Shown here one piece after another: positions 1 to 10,550 of a DNA stretch of 27,068 nucleotides. How positions within the stretch are numbered: position 1 is the stretch's first letter; every line of letters starts with the position of its first letter. Both the position numbers and the translations under genes were made by a program. The DNA is from Octopus sinensis (Eukaryota): positions 1-27,068 of the forward strand of contig NW_021833409.1 in the NCBI RefSeq assembly GCF_006345805.1, in the 5' to 3' direction. The notes beneath the pieces are model-generated. The model was given only the letters and a program-made list of their open reading frames with translations. It was not told the DNA's origin and did not search any database.

Positions 1-138
1 TGCATGTATGTATGTATGTATGTATGTACGTATGTATGTATGCATGCATGCATGTATGTAGGTATGTATGTATGTATGCATGCATTTATGTATGTATGCA
101 TGCATTTATGTATGTATGTATGCATGCATGTATGTATG
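1..138. repeat. (ATGT)n/(ATGC)n compound tetranucleotide microsatellite
   Basis: Direct reading; explains ORF 4..195. Confidence 0.95.
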
Positions 139-1039
139 TCATTATTCAATTTTATCTTAAGATTTCTTGCTAATAGAGAAAGAACCGGTTTCTAACCTAG
201 ATTCGGTGCTCTTTCATTGGAATTGCAACATCAACAACATGGTATTTTTGTATGTATGTAGATATGTATACGTGCAGTTTCGTATGTTTCGTTTTATGTA
301 CATATTCCCATGCTTATACTCACATTTTCTTCATTTAAAGTAAATTTTTTACCGACCCCCTTCATGGTAGCAAGTTTGTGAAGGAAAGTATTTTGGTTTA
401 ACCATCATCTTTTAAATCTTAATAAGATCTTGCCGATTTTCATAGTCCCGGATATCGTGATCATTTGTAGCCTGTATGTATGAGTGTATGCATGCGCCCA
501 ACAATCAACAATCGCAGGCACACATACAAGGGGAGACCTTCAACAAACAACCAACAATGCAACCCACGTCCAACAGGGATCAAAAATGATGAAACGGAAC
601 AGAAAAAAAAGCAGTGTCTACTGCTAATCCTTTATTTTATTGAAATGTGTTAGTCCACTTTGGTCGACAGGGGTGGTTAGGACCCTTCCATAACAATCTG
701 CACGTTACGACAAATGTAGTCATTACGCGTATATAGGAAATATGACCATGAGCAGAAAAAGAAAGAACAGCGGATCTTTCCGGTTTGAACGGCAGTTTTT
801 AACATAATTTCTAGGTAACTACACTAAAATTTTTAACTTCGTATACTGGTAGAATGTGTTTATAAAATATCTTTTTCTCTTGGCTTTATTGAGAAAATGC
901 TATAGTTTGTAAGACATTTGTTGTTTTTTTCTGGTGGAACATGGCCTGCGTGGTATTAGAGAACCGGGAGACACTGCTAAAGGTCAAACGAATCCTCTGA
1001 GAGAACTGTGTGCAGCTTTTCAGCAGCACTTTGCTGAAA

Positions 1040-1063
1040 ATTATTATTATTATTATTATTATT

Positions 1064-1099
<36 letters not shown>
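1040..1099. repeat. (ATT)n then (GTT)n microsatellite
   Basis: Direct reading. Confidence 0.95.
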
Positions 1100-1101
1100 A
1101 T

Positions 1102-1323
1102 GAGGCAGCGAGCTGGCAGAATCGTTAGCACCCCGGGCGAAATATTTAGCGGTGTTTTGTCAACCGCTACGTTCTTAGTTTAAATTCCGCTGAGGTCGAC
1201 TTTGCCTTTCATCATTTCGGAGTCGATAAATTAAGTACCAGTTGTGTACTGGAGGTCGATGTAACCGAAAACCCTTTCCCAAAATTTCAGGTCCTTGTGC
1301 CTATTGGAAAAATGGATCATTAT
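1102..1323 (+). mobile_element. tRNA-derived SINE, family B (head GGCGGCGAGCTGGCAGAATCGTTAGC), near full length
   Basis: Head gaggcagcgagctggcagaatcgttagc, degenerate B-box, body gaggtcgactttgcctttcatc shared with copies at 3707, 9785 and 9923. Resembles the octopus OK/OR tRNA-SINEs; assignment to a named family not verified. Confidence 0.9.
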
Positions 1324-1403
1324 AGTTGCCTTTGTCACTGATATTGTTTTGTTTTTTTTGTTGCTGTTATTGATATTGTTTTTTTTTTTCTTTCTGTTGT
1401 TAC

Positions 1404-1596
1404 AGAATTTCTGAATGTTCAGTGATGGAACACAGCGAAGCATACGCAACACTTTTTGCATTGACTGCGAGTTATTACGTTGCTTTTCAGCTTCAGTGAA
1501 GCGTGACTGAATCAATGTGTTTTGTGTTTCATGAGAGGAAGAAGAAGCAGAATTCAGAAGAGAGGGTCGGACAAAGAATTCAGCCACAAACCGATT
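1404..1596 (-). CDS. Candidate internal exon of an unidentified gene (NRFVAEFFVRPSLLNSASSSSHETQNTLIQSRFTEAEKQRNNSQSMQKVLRMLRCVPSLNIQKF)
   Basis: Minus-strand acceptor tgttttcatttccggttcatttgcag|AAT, only phase 0 open, weak donor CT|gtaaca. No homology recognised. Confidence 0.2.
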
Positions 1597-1689
1597 CTGC
1601 AAATGAACCGGAAATGAAAACATCATTACATTTTACAAAGGGAAGTTGTTGCGCAAATAGAATATCAAAGATTGCATGTTCTAGTGTGA

Positions 1690-2058
1690 ATGCTTTTGTG
1701 TGTGTGTGTGTGCGTGTGGGTGTGTGTGTGTGTGTGTTTCTCTGTGTGTATTCATGTATGTGTATGTGTGTTTGTGTGAGTGTGTGTATGCACGCAGTGT
1801 GTGTATGCACGTAGTGTGCGTATGTGCGTGGGGTGTATGTGTCAATGCTCTTGTGTGTGTGTGTATGTGTGTGTGTGTGTATGTGTGTGTGTGTGTATTC
1901 ATGTATGTGTATGTGTATATATGTGTGAACGTGAGCGTGTGTATGCGTGTGCGTGTTTGTGTATGTTCATGTATGTATATGTGTGTTTGTGCGAGAGTGT
2001 GTATGCACGTAGTGTGTGTATGTGCGTGGGGTGTATGTGTGGATGCTTTTGTGTGTGT

Positions 2059-2122
<64 letters not shown>
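1690..2122. repeat. (TG)n-rich compound microsatellite with higher-order duplication
   Basis: Direct reading; gtatgcacgtagtgtg...gtgcgtggggtgtatgtgt occurs twice. Confidence 0.95.
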
Positions 2123-2124
<2 letters not shown>

Positions 2125-2520
2125 TCACGCTTCTTCCTATTAATTGAAGTTCTTAACAGAATTCAAAGACCGATCACTAACAGTCACAAAGGTTTTAAGG
2201 TTTTTCTTGCTTGAACGAAGGCAGTTCAAGATACGTGTACATGTATTTGTGCGTGTGTGTGTGCGTGCGTGCGTGTGTTTGTTTGTGTGTGATCGTGCGT
2301 ACTAGAGAGAGAGAGAGAGAGAGAGAGAGAATGTGCATATGTGTGCCCATGTGTGAGTGCCACTAGTTGCGCGCGCGTGAATATATGTGTGTGAATACAG
2401 GTGTGTGCATGTATGAGTGCGAATAGAAATATTTGACTATGTGTGCGTGCAACATGTGTAAGTCCAGTGCATTTGCATCGACATGCATGTATATATATAT
2501 ATATATTATATATATATATC

Positions 2521-2552
<32 letters not shown>

Positions 2553-3210
2553 TTATAAGTTATTTACAAATTTAACCTTTAAAGGTATCTTTTGATATGC
2601 TGGCCATTGATAAAATTTTTCTTTCGAAAAAAATCTTATCCTACATTAGTTATACAATATATATATATATATATATATAAGCTCGTGTCTATGTATATAA
2701 AGATATATATATATATTTTATATGTGTGTGTCTATACGTGCTTGTGTGTGCATATATGCGTGTATGTGAATGGAGCATATATTTTGTGTTTAGTCGTGAG
2801 TTGGAGTACATCTGTGGGTAAATCTATGTCTGTATCTGTATTACATTTGTAGTAAACTGTTTTTCACTCCTGTTCTTCCATGATTTCAAGGGGCACAATT
2901 ACCGCTGCTTTACCCCGGTTAAATTTAATAAAATTTTTGTCTTGAGCGAATTCTTTATTTTTTTTCCATCCAGAGCTAAGAGAAACATTTCTATTCTATG
3001 AACCATCCGCGCCAGGAAAGCTCTTTGATTCGTTGTTGGTGATGTTGGCGTCATTCAGATTTTCACTGGTTTTATTGTTGTTGTTGTTGTTGTTGTTGTT
3101 GTGTTGTTCTTGTTCTTGTTCTCGTTCTTGTTGTTGGTGGTGGTGCTATGTTGTCGGTGCTTTTTTTTCTCTGGTGTCCTTGTTCATGTTGTCCATGCAT
3201 GGGTACTTAT

Positions 3211-3344
3211 TTATGTCAGGTCGTTCGGAAGCGCTACTGGCAACATGTGACCCAATTCTTGTTGCACGCTGGGTTTCGTTAGCGAGTAGGTGGACCGGAC
3301 ACGCCGTTGAAGTTGCTTGGCAAAGCATGTGATTTTTGGATACC
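3211..3344 (-). CDS. Candidate terminal coding exon of an unidentified gene (xGG-YPKITCFAKQLQRRVRSTYSLTKPSVQQELGHMLPVALPNDLT*)
   Basis: Strong acceptor ggttttgcttttttaaacctgcag|GG; phase-1 frame open for 43 codons to TAA at 3213-3211; non-repetitive sequence; minus-strand AATAAA downstream (plus tttatt near 3070 and 2955). Reading frame is inferred. Confidence 0.4.
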
Positions 3345-3425
3345 CTGCAGGTTTAAAAAAGCAAAACCTGTGATTGGTTGATGAACTGAAGATACTCGAC
3401 AGATAGCCAATATGTTTATCATTTG

Positions 3426-3646
3426 TCTTTTACTAGTTTCTGTTAATTGGATTGCGGTCATGCTGTGGCACCAACTCGAGTGACTTTTAGTCTAACAAAC
3501 CGATCGCACTACTTTATAAGTCTGATTCTTTTTCGGTCCGGGTTTTTTTTTTTTACGAACCCCTAAATTATGACTAAAAAAAACAATCAGCATTGGTTAT
3601 CAAGTGAGGAAGGGGATCAAACGCAAAGACATACATATACACACAC
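3426..3646 (-). mobile_element. SINE family A, degenerate 3' half
   Basis: Colinear but decayed match to 5831-6030. Confidence 0.7.
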
Positions 3647-3964
3647 GTTGAATAACGACTCACTCGTCGTTTATAAAAGTTTGTTTAGAAAATATATATA
3701 TATATATACGCCGGGCGAAGTGCGTAGCGGTATTTCGTCTGTCGTTACGTTCTGAGTTCAAATTCCGCCGAGGTCGACTTTGCCTTTCATCCTTTCGGGT
3801 TCGATAAATAAAGTACCAGTTTCGCACTGGGGTCGATGTAATCGACTTAATCCCTTCGTCTGTCCTTGTTTGTCCCCTCTGTGTTTAGCCCCTTGTGGGC
3901 AATAAAGAAATATGACAACATTTTCTAAACAAACTAATAAACGCCGAGTGAGTCGTTATTCAAC
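3647..3964. repeat. Inverted repeat, arms 3647-3693 and 3920-3964 (~45 bp), with (AT)n plus a SINE-B copy in the spacer
   Basis: gttgaataacgactcactcgtcgtttataaaagtttgtttagaaaat versus reverse complement gttgaataacgactcactcggcgtttattagtttgtttagaaaat. Confidence 0.9.
3707..3912 (+). mobile_element. SINE family B, 5'-truncated
   Basis: acgccgggcgaagtgcgtagcggtatttcg...gagttcaaattcc (B-box)...ggcaataaagaaata. Confidence 0.92.
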
Positions 3965-3986
3965 AGAAAAGAAGGGAATTTTAGAA

Positions 3987-4024
3987 CTGAGGATGACTGT
4001 GAAGACAACTCAGAAAATCGGGTA
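3987..4024 (+). ncRNA. Degenerate hammerhead-like motif (CUGAGGA - stem II with GAAG loop - GAAA); stem I not recoverable
   Basis: CTGAGGA 3987-3993; TGA/TCA and TGT/ACA pairs around GAAG; GAAA 4013-4016. Confidence 0.35.
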
Positions 4025-4269
4025 AAGACTTTTTAGAAGACGGTAAAAAAAAAGCGGCCAACGAGCCTCCTAAGAGAATCGTACTCTGTACCTCACATAA
4101 TTTCGGCTGAGCGCCCCTGTCCCATTAAGCTAAGAGAACGCTGACAGTAGATACCGTCTTTTTATAATGCTAAGTTTTAGCTTTTGGAATGTGAAAGCAC
4201 TTTGTAAACAAACTTTATAAGTGCCGAGTTTGTCTGTATTCTACAGAAAGTAAAAGAAAGTATACATGT

Positions 4270-4415
4270 GAAGATACGTGGATTAGTGGTAGGGCGCGTA
4301 GCACTCACGATCGTGTACTCTTGGTTTCGATTCCCAGACCGGCTGCGTGTTGTGTTCTTCAGCAAAACATTACATTTCACGATACTCCAGTCTGCTCAGC
4401 TGTAAATGGGTAATA
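4270..4415 (+). mobile_element. SINE family D, degenerate (tRNA head plus CORE/Meta-like central motif)
   Basis: tggattagtgg A-box, ggtttcgattccc B-box, gttgtgttcttcagcaaaac...ctccagtctgctcagctgtaaatgggt. Confidence 0.7.
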
Positions 4416-4503
4416 CAGTTCTATATTTAAGAGATGACAAATTATGTACATTACTTACATTATTTACATTCGACGGATATTTGTCCTCATCTTGTTTGTT
4501 GTT

Positions 4504-4549
4504 AACACAACGTTTCGGCTGATGTACCCTCCTGCTTTCTTTAGGTGTC
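4504..4549 (-). ncRNA. Degenerate PLE-type minimal hammerhead (G5A core change)
   Basis: Minus RNA: GACAC CUAAAGA aagcagga-ggguaca-ucagcc GAAACGUU GUGUU; stem I GACAC/GUGUU; palindromic stem III AACGUU. Confidence 0.6.
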
Positions 4550-4606
4550 TTCCGGACACCTAAAGAACCCGGTCAATCACATAATCACGTAAAGTATACA
4601 TGCGCA

Positions 4607-4885
4607 TTCTTTTATTCTTTTATTCCTTTACTTGTTTTAGTCGATCGAATGAGACCATGCTGGAGCACCGCCTTCAAAGGTTTTAGTTGCACAAATCGAC
4701 ACCAGGACTTATTTTTTTAAAGCCTGGTACTTATTCAACCCTTATTTTTTGCCGAATAACTAAGCTATGGGGACAGAAACACACCAACACCAGTTGTCAA
4801 GCGGCGATGGGAGACAAACACAGATGCAAAAACACACACACACACATAGATGCATATACATGTATATATATATATATACAAATAT

Positions 4886-4972
<87 letters not shown>

Positions 4973-5103
4973 CGGCGGGCTTCTTTCAGTTTCAGTCGAC
5001 TATATAATAGAAAATATGAGCCCAAAGTGCCACGCAGTGGGACTGAACCCGGAACCATGTGGTTGGGAAGCAAGCTTCTGATCACACAGCCACACCTGTG
5101 CCT
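4607..5103 (-). mobile_element. SINE family A (head GGCGCAGGAGTGGCTGTGTGG) with internal deletion and long internal (TA)n
   Basis: Matches other A copies at both ends; the ccaaatccactcacaaggc segment is missing. Confidence 0.9.
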
Positions 5104-5169
5104 ATATATATAGAGGTGTGTGTGTGTGTGTATGTATGTGTGTCTATGTATGTGTGTGTATGTGTGTAT

Positions 5170-5330
5170 GGGGGGGCTTCTACACAATTTGTGTTCCCCA
5201 GATTTGCTAAGAAAATATTGGTCGACCCAGAGCTATAGTACCAGTCACTTGTCCAAGGTGCTGCGCGGTGGTATTGAACCACGTGATTGCTAAGCTTTCT
5301 TCTTAACCACAGAATCCTCCCTGCACTTAT
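5170..5330 (-). mobile_element. SINE family A, degenerate 5' half
   Basis: ggtcgacccagagctatagtaccagtcacttgtccaaggtgc matches the A body. Confidence 0.7.
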
Positions 5331-5830
5331 ATAAACAAAATATCCATTAACCAGTATGTGTAGTATGCCGTAAAATGTGCATGCGCGCGTGTGCGTTTCT
5401 GTGCGCGCGCATATTATGCTAAATGTGAGAGCTTGTATGATACGCTTAGGCATTTAATACAGTAATTAAATTTATCCATTGGCCTCTAATAGTTCTTCTC
5501 CTTTCAAGCAACGTAGGAAACAAACATGAATGCGCAATTCAATAATAGCGTAATAACCGAACTCGCACGAAGTTACTCGATGTTCAACGGTGTTTTACGA
5601 CGTTTCGGTATTGTTTCCCGATGTTTTACGATCGCATGTGCAATAATTGGATTATGTGTGAATTAGGGAACACAGCTCCGAAATGTTTTCAATACAAACG
5701 TTTATCGATTTATCGATGTTTACAATACAGTTATTTATCCCCTCGCGATTACAAAACACGGCCAAATGATGGAACTCCTACGTGGTCGCTACATATGCTA
5801 AACATAGCTGCAAAACCACCCACAAATTAT

Positions 5831-6035
5831 TCTCTTTTACTTGTTTCAGTCATTTGACTGTGGCCATGCTGGAGCACCGCCTTTTAGTCGAGCAAATCAA
5901 CCCCAGGAATTATTCTTTGTAAGCCTAGTACTTATTCTATCGGTCTCTTTTACCGAATCGCTAAGTTACGGGGATGTAAACACACCAGCATCGATTGTCA
6001 AGCGATGCTGTGGGGACAAACACAGACACACAAAC

Positions 6036-6074
<39 letters not shown>

Positions 6075-6246
6075 CATATATACGACAGGCTTCTTTCAGT
6101 TTCCGTCTACCAAATCTACTCACAAGGCTTTGGTCGACCCGAGGCTATAGTAGAAGACACTTGCTCGATCTGCCACGCAGTGGGACTGAACCCGGAACCG
6201 TGTGGTTCGTAACCAAGCTACTTACCACACAGCCACACCTACGCCT
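5831..6246 (-). mobile_element. SINE family A, full length
   Basis: A-box tggctgtgtgg, B-box ggttcagtccc, ccttgggcaag-like core, internal microsatellite, tail ggcggtgctccagcatggccacagtcaaatgactgaaacaagtaaaagaga. Confidence 0.95.
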
Positions 6247-6344
6247 ATAGCTAAATAAAAGACAGATTAGATACGAAAAAATCATATGGGTGTTTGTGTG
6301 TGCGTGTGAGTATGTGTGCGGCGCGCGTATGTGCGCGTGTGTAC

Positions 6345-6490
6345 GTATTTTTCTCTACCACCGCTTGACTGCCGGTGTTGGTTTGTTTACGTCCCCATAA
6401 GTTAGCCATTTCTACAAAAGAAGCCGATAGAATAAATAGATGGCTATGGGCCTGCATAGTCGTAGTCCAATGGCAGAAACAAGTAAAATT
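6345..6490 (+). mobile_element. SINE family A, degenerate 3' half
   Basis: gtttacgtccccataagttag...gccgatagaataa...gaaacaagtaaaa. Confidence 0.7.
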
Positions 6491-6942
6491 CACGTAATGA
6501 AAATACAACGGCAAGCGAATTAGAGAAGCGAATTATCTGGATAGTCCAATACTATAAATTATAATTCCGTTATAAATCTATCGCATTATAACCTGCAGGA
6601 TAATGTCGAAATGAGAGTTTATGCGGTGAAAGGGTCAAAGGGTCAAAGGATATTGGAATTAGGGGAGATGATAAACGGAATAAATATCTGTGAAAACAGC
6701 AGGTTATTTCGTAGGAAGCTATTATAACATCATAAATAATTGGTTTAATTTAATTATATGGGTTTTATGAGAATTTAGAATGGATATTTTTCATGTATAT
6801 GGATAGACATAAAAAAGGAATGGGTAAGGAACGGGTAATATATGGGAGTAGAATATGACTTAAAATATTGGATTCAAATATAAGTGGTATAAGATCTATT
6901 TTGCAAGATGCGTACTGATATGGTTTTCTTATGAATACAATA

Positions 6943-7077
6943 GGCGCAGGCGTGGATCTGTGGTAAGAAATTTGGCCCCACTGTGTTGCAGCTGGGGCGA
7001 GTGTTTCTGCTATAGCCCCGAGACGATCAAAGGCGTTGTAAGTGGATTTGGCAGACAGAGACAGAAACGAGCCTGTC

Positions 7078-7119
<42 letters not shown>

Positions 7120-7468
7120 TATATATATATCTTTATATATATTTATATATATTTATATACAATATATATATATACATATATAATATATATATAGTGTATG
7201 TATAATGTGTGTGTATGTGCGTGTATGTATATATATGTGTGTGTTGTGTGGTGTGTGTGTGTGTGTGTGTGTGCCTTTGTGTCTGAGCTTGTCCCCACCT
7301 CACAGCCTTACAACTGGGGTTAGTATGTCTATGTGTCCGTAACCTAGCAGATCGGCAAAAGTGAGCGATAGAATAAGCACCAAACTTTAAAAACTCCACA
7401 AACCCTTCAAGACAGTACTCTAGCATAGCCACAGTCTAATGACTGGAACAAGTGAAAGAATAAAAGAT
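6943..7468 (+). mobile_element. SINE family A, diverged full-length copy with ~200-nt internal TA/TG tract
   Basis: taggcgcaggcgtgg head through gactggaacaagtgaaagaataaaaga tail. Confidence 0.85.
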
Positions 7469-7642
7469 ATATATATATATATAAGTATATATGTAATATT
7501 ATATAATATAATATTATATCATATTATATTACATTACAAACACACACACACACACACACACACACATGCACACACTCACACGCACGCACACACTACGATT
7601 GACTCTACCACGTTTAAGCCTACCACTTGGTCTTTGGATATA

Positions 7643-7785
7643 TTGATTTCCAAATTTGAAATAAGGCCCGCAATTTTGGAGGCGGGGGCCAAGACGGTTA
7701 CATCGACCCCCAGTATTCAACTTATACTTATTTTATCGACCCCGGAAGGATGAAAGGCAAAGTCAATCTCAGCGGAACTTGAACT
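7643..7785 (-). mobile_element. SINE family B, 3' part
   Basis: atcgacccggaaggatgaaaggcaaagtc...ttgaact. Confidence 0.75.
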
Positions 7786-7799
7786 TTGCTCACCATCTT

Positions 7800-8260
7800 A
7801 AAGGTGGTGGTGATGATGATGGCGGTGGTGGTGGTGGTGGTGGTAGTGGTGGATGTGGTGGCGGCGGTGGAGGTGGTGGTGGTTGTTTTGGCGGTGGTTG
7901 GCGGGGTGATGTGCGGCGGTGGTGATGGTGGTGGCGGTGGCGGTGGTGGTGGTTTTGGTGGTGGTAGTGGCGGTGATGGCGGTGGTGGTGGTGATGGTGG
8001 TGGTGGTGGTAGTAGTGGTGGTGGTGATGGTGGTGGAGGTGGTGGTGGTGGTGGTGGTGGTAGTGGTGGTGGTGGTGGTGGTGATGGTGGTTGATGAGAT
8101 GGTGTGGTGGTGGTGGTGGTGGTGGTGGTGGTGGTGGTGATGGTGGTAGTGATGGTCGTGGTGATGGTGGTAGTGATGGTCGTGGTGATGGTGGTAGTGA
8201 TGGTTGTGGTGATGGTGGTAGTGATGGTCGCGGTGATGGTGGTAGTGATGGTCGTGGTGA
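7800..8260. repeat. (GGT)n-rich tract ending in five copies of a 24-nt unit GTGATGGTGGTAGTGATGGTCGTG (8137-8256)
   Basis: Direct reading. Confidence 0.95.
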
Positions 8261-8439
8261 GACGTGATTTGAAATTAGAGAGATTCTGCTGACTCACTGC
8301 TTAGAGAGAAAAATGTGTAATGAAATCATTATTTATGCTTGTATGTGTGTGTATTTATGTACGTAGATATGTATGTCTGTTTGTGAGTGAGCGTTTCTGT
8401 AAATACTCATAACGTAAAGACGGAAAAAATGCCAATAAG

Positions 8440-8482
8440 CATCTTGTCCGGCACGCCAACGATTCTGCCAGATCGAAGCCTC
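8440..8482 (-). mobile_element. SINE family B head fragment
   Basis: gcatcttgtccggcacgccaacgattctgccagatcgaagcc resembles the reverse complement of the B head. Confidence 0.65.
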
Positions 8483-8522
8483 CCGCCATTGGATATATTA
8501 AGCAGCGTTCATACTGTCGTAG

Positions 8523-8826
8523 GTGGAGGCGCAATGGCCCAGTGGTTAGGGCAGCAGACTCGCTGTCGGATGATCGCGGTTTCGATTACCAGACCGGACG
8601 TTGTGTGCGTTTATTAAGCGAAAAGACCTAAAAGCTCCACGAGGCTCCGACAGGGAGTTGTGGCGACATTTGTTGTACTCTTTCGCAAAAACTTTCTCTC
8701 ACTCTCTCTTCCTGTTTCTTGAGTAACGCTGCGATGGACTGGCGTCCCATCCAGCTGGGGGGGAACACATACACCACAGAAACCAGGAAGCCTGGCTAGG
8801 CTTGAAAAGGGCGACGTTTACTGTAC
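8523..8826 (+). mobile_element. SINE family C (head GTGGAGGCGCAATGGCCCAGTGG), full length with 13-bp target-site duplication
   Basis: A-box tggcccagtgg, B-box ggtttcgatt; TSD catactgtcgtag at 8510-8522 and 8827-8839; tail has gcgatggactggcgtcccatccag (V/Meta-domain-like). Confidence 0.95.
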
Positions 8827-9435
8827 CATACTGTCGTAGACATTCCAGTATGGTCTTTGATTTCAGACTGCACCCCTCCTACAAGTGTCGGGGGCCTTGA
8901 AAAATGAGGGGTTTGTGTGCGCTGCCCTTCCTTCCCTGGATGAACAGCAAAACAAAAATTGTAAAATAAGCAATATTGTTGCTAATAAACACGTGATGCA
9001 AAAGAAACCAAATAGCCATAACATCAAATCGAAACCAGGTCATCAATTAAGCTCTTTGGATGTCAGTGATTTCTACCAATCTATAAACGGCTTCGTGACC
9101 TCTGTATCCGCACACCAAACCACCTCTATAACTACTATATTACTTTTTTAGTAATTACTGTATCATTACTACTTTAAGACTGTTACCCTAAATGTTTAAA
9201 GCAATGCAGCATTAAAGCTTATATTTTCATTTGCGTGAGGATCTTTACGTCTCAATGGACGAGTTTGTAATGGGTTGTAATGGATTGGAGTGGGTTAAAA
9301 TTTGAATCTCGGCTTGATTTATGGAGCTCGTTAAAGTATTTACCGTATTCGGTTGGGTAGCTTCCAGGATTAATGGGATTGCGTAACCGACTTCTTCTAA
9401 GTTTGATGTTTATACACATGTGTGTATAGATATGT

Positions 9436-9746
9436 GTGGAGGCGCAATGGCCCAGTGGTTAGGGCAGTGGACTCGCGGTCGTTGGATCGTGGTTTCGATT
9501 CCCAGACCGGGCGTTGTGAGTGCTTATTGAGCAAAAACACCTAAAGCTCTACGAGGCTCCGGCAGGGTGGTGGTGGCGATCCCTGCTGTACTCTTTCGCC
9601 ACAAATTTCTAACACTCTTTCTTCTGTTGGCCTTCTTGCTTAGCCAGCGGGGTGGTGTCATTTGAAGACTAAAACAATGCGAAGCACATTGTGACCAGCG
9701 ATGTGTAACAACATCTGATAGCCTGGTCAGTCACGGTGGTCACGGT
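9436..9746 (+). mobile_element. SINE family C with a different 3' tail
   Basis: Same head and body as 8523; tail gcttagccagcggggtgg...gtcacggtggtcacggt. Confidence 0.9.
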
Positions 9747-9784
9747 ATACATATGTATAAACGGCGAGCTGTATACACATGTAT

Positions 9785-10255
9785 AAGGCGGCGAGCTGGC
9801 AGAATCGTTAGCACGCTGGGCGAAATGCTTACAAGTATTTCGTCTGCCGTTACGTTTTGAGTCCAAATACCGCCAAGGTCGACTTTGCCTTTCATCCTTT
9901 CGGAGTCGATTAAATAAGTACCTATTTCTTTACTACCCACAAAGGGCTAAACGCAGAGAGGACAAACAAGGACAGACAAACGGATTAAGTCGATTACATC
10001 GACTCCAGTGCGTAACTGGTACTTATTTAATCGACCCCGAAAGGATGAAAGACAAAGTCGACCTCGGCCGAATTTGAACTCAGAACGTAGTGGCAGACGA
10101 AATACGGCTACGCATTTCGCCCGGCGTGCTAACGCTTCTGCCAGCTCGCCACCTTAAATAAGTAAGTCGATTAAATAAGTACCAGTTTCGCACTGGGGTC
10201 GATTCCTTTGTTTGTCCCCTCTATGTTTAGCCCCCTGCGAGCAATAAAAAAATAT
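9785..10255 (+). mobile_element. SINE family B (+) interrupted by a second family B copy
   Basis: 5' half 9785-9922, 3' half resumes at 10165; 19-bp duplication agtcgattaaataagtacc at 9904-9922 and 10165-10183. Confidence 0.9.
9923..10155 (-). mobile_element. SINE family B, full length, nested in opposite orientation
   Basis: Reverse complement reads aaggtggcgagctggcagaagcgttagc...gggtagtaaagaaata. Confidence 0.95.
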
Positions 10256-10273
10256 ATGCATGTATATATACGT

Positions 10274-10453
10274 ATAGGCTCAGGTATGGCTGTGTGGTAA
10301 GAAGCTTGCTTCCCAACCAATGGTTCCGGGTTCAGTCCCCGTGCATGGCACCTTGGGCAGCTGTCTTCTACTGTAACCTAGGGCGGCCCAAAGCGTTGTG
10401 AGTGAATTTGGTTGGCGGGACCTGAAAGAAGCTCATCGTATGTGTGTGTGTGT

Positions 10454-10490
<37 letters not shown>

Positions 10491-10550
10491 GTGTGTGTGT
10501 GTGTGTGTGTGTGTGTTTCTGTGTCTTGTCTGTCTTTCGCCCCCACCACT
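10274..10550 (+). mobile_element. SINE family A, 5' half plus internal (TG)n
   Basis: taggctcaggtatggctgtgtggtaag...ggttcagtccc...ccttgggcag. Confidence 0.88.

Noticed and set aside
183-220. Minus-strand hammerhead-like remnant (CCAAUGA...GAAACCGGUU)
   Set aside because: Two core changes, weak stem II and no stem I; suggestive of a PLE relic but not supportable alone.
6632-6645. GGGTCA-AA-GGGTCA nuclear-receptor DR2-like site
   Set aside because: Explained equally well by a simple 8-nt tandem duplication; no contextual support.
8137-8256. CRISPR-like regular repeats
   Set aside because: Head-to-tail tandem units with no unique spacers; eukaryotic context.
7728-8297. 189-aa Thr/Pro-rich mucin- or extensin-like ORF behind a plausible acceptor
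   Set aside because: Almost entirely (GGT)n and the 24-nt repeat; such tracts are ubiquitous here and stop-free by composition.
9344-9396. 53-nt minus-strand exon (EVGYAIPLILEATQPNT or RSRLRNPINPGSYPTEY)
   Set aside because: The donor is acceptable, but the acceptor lacks a pyrimidine tract and two frames are open, so it cannot be discriminated from chance.
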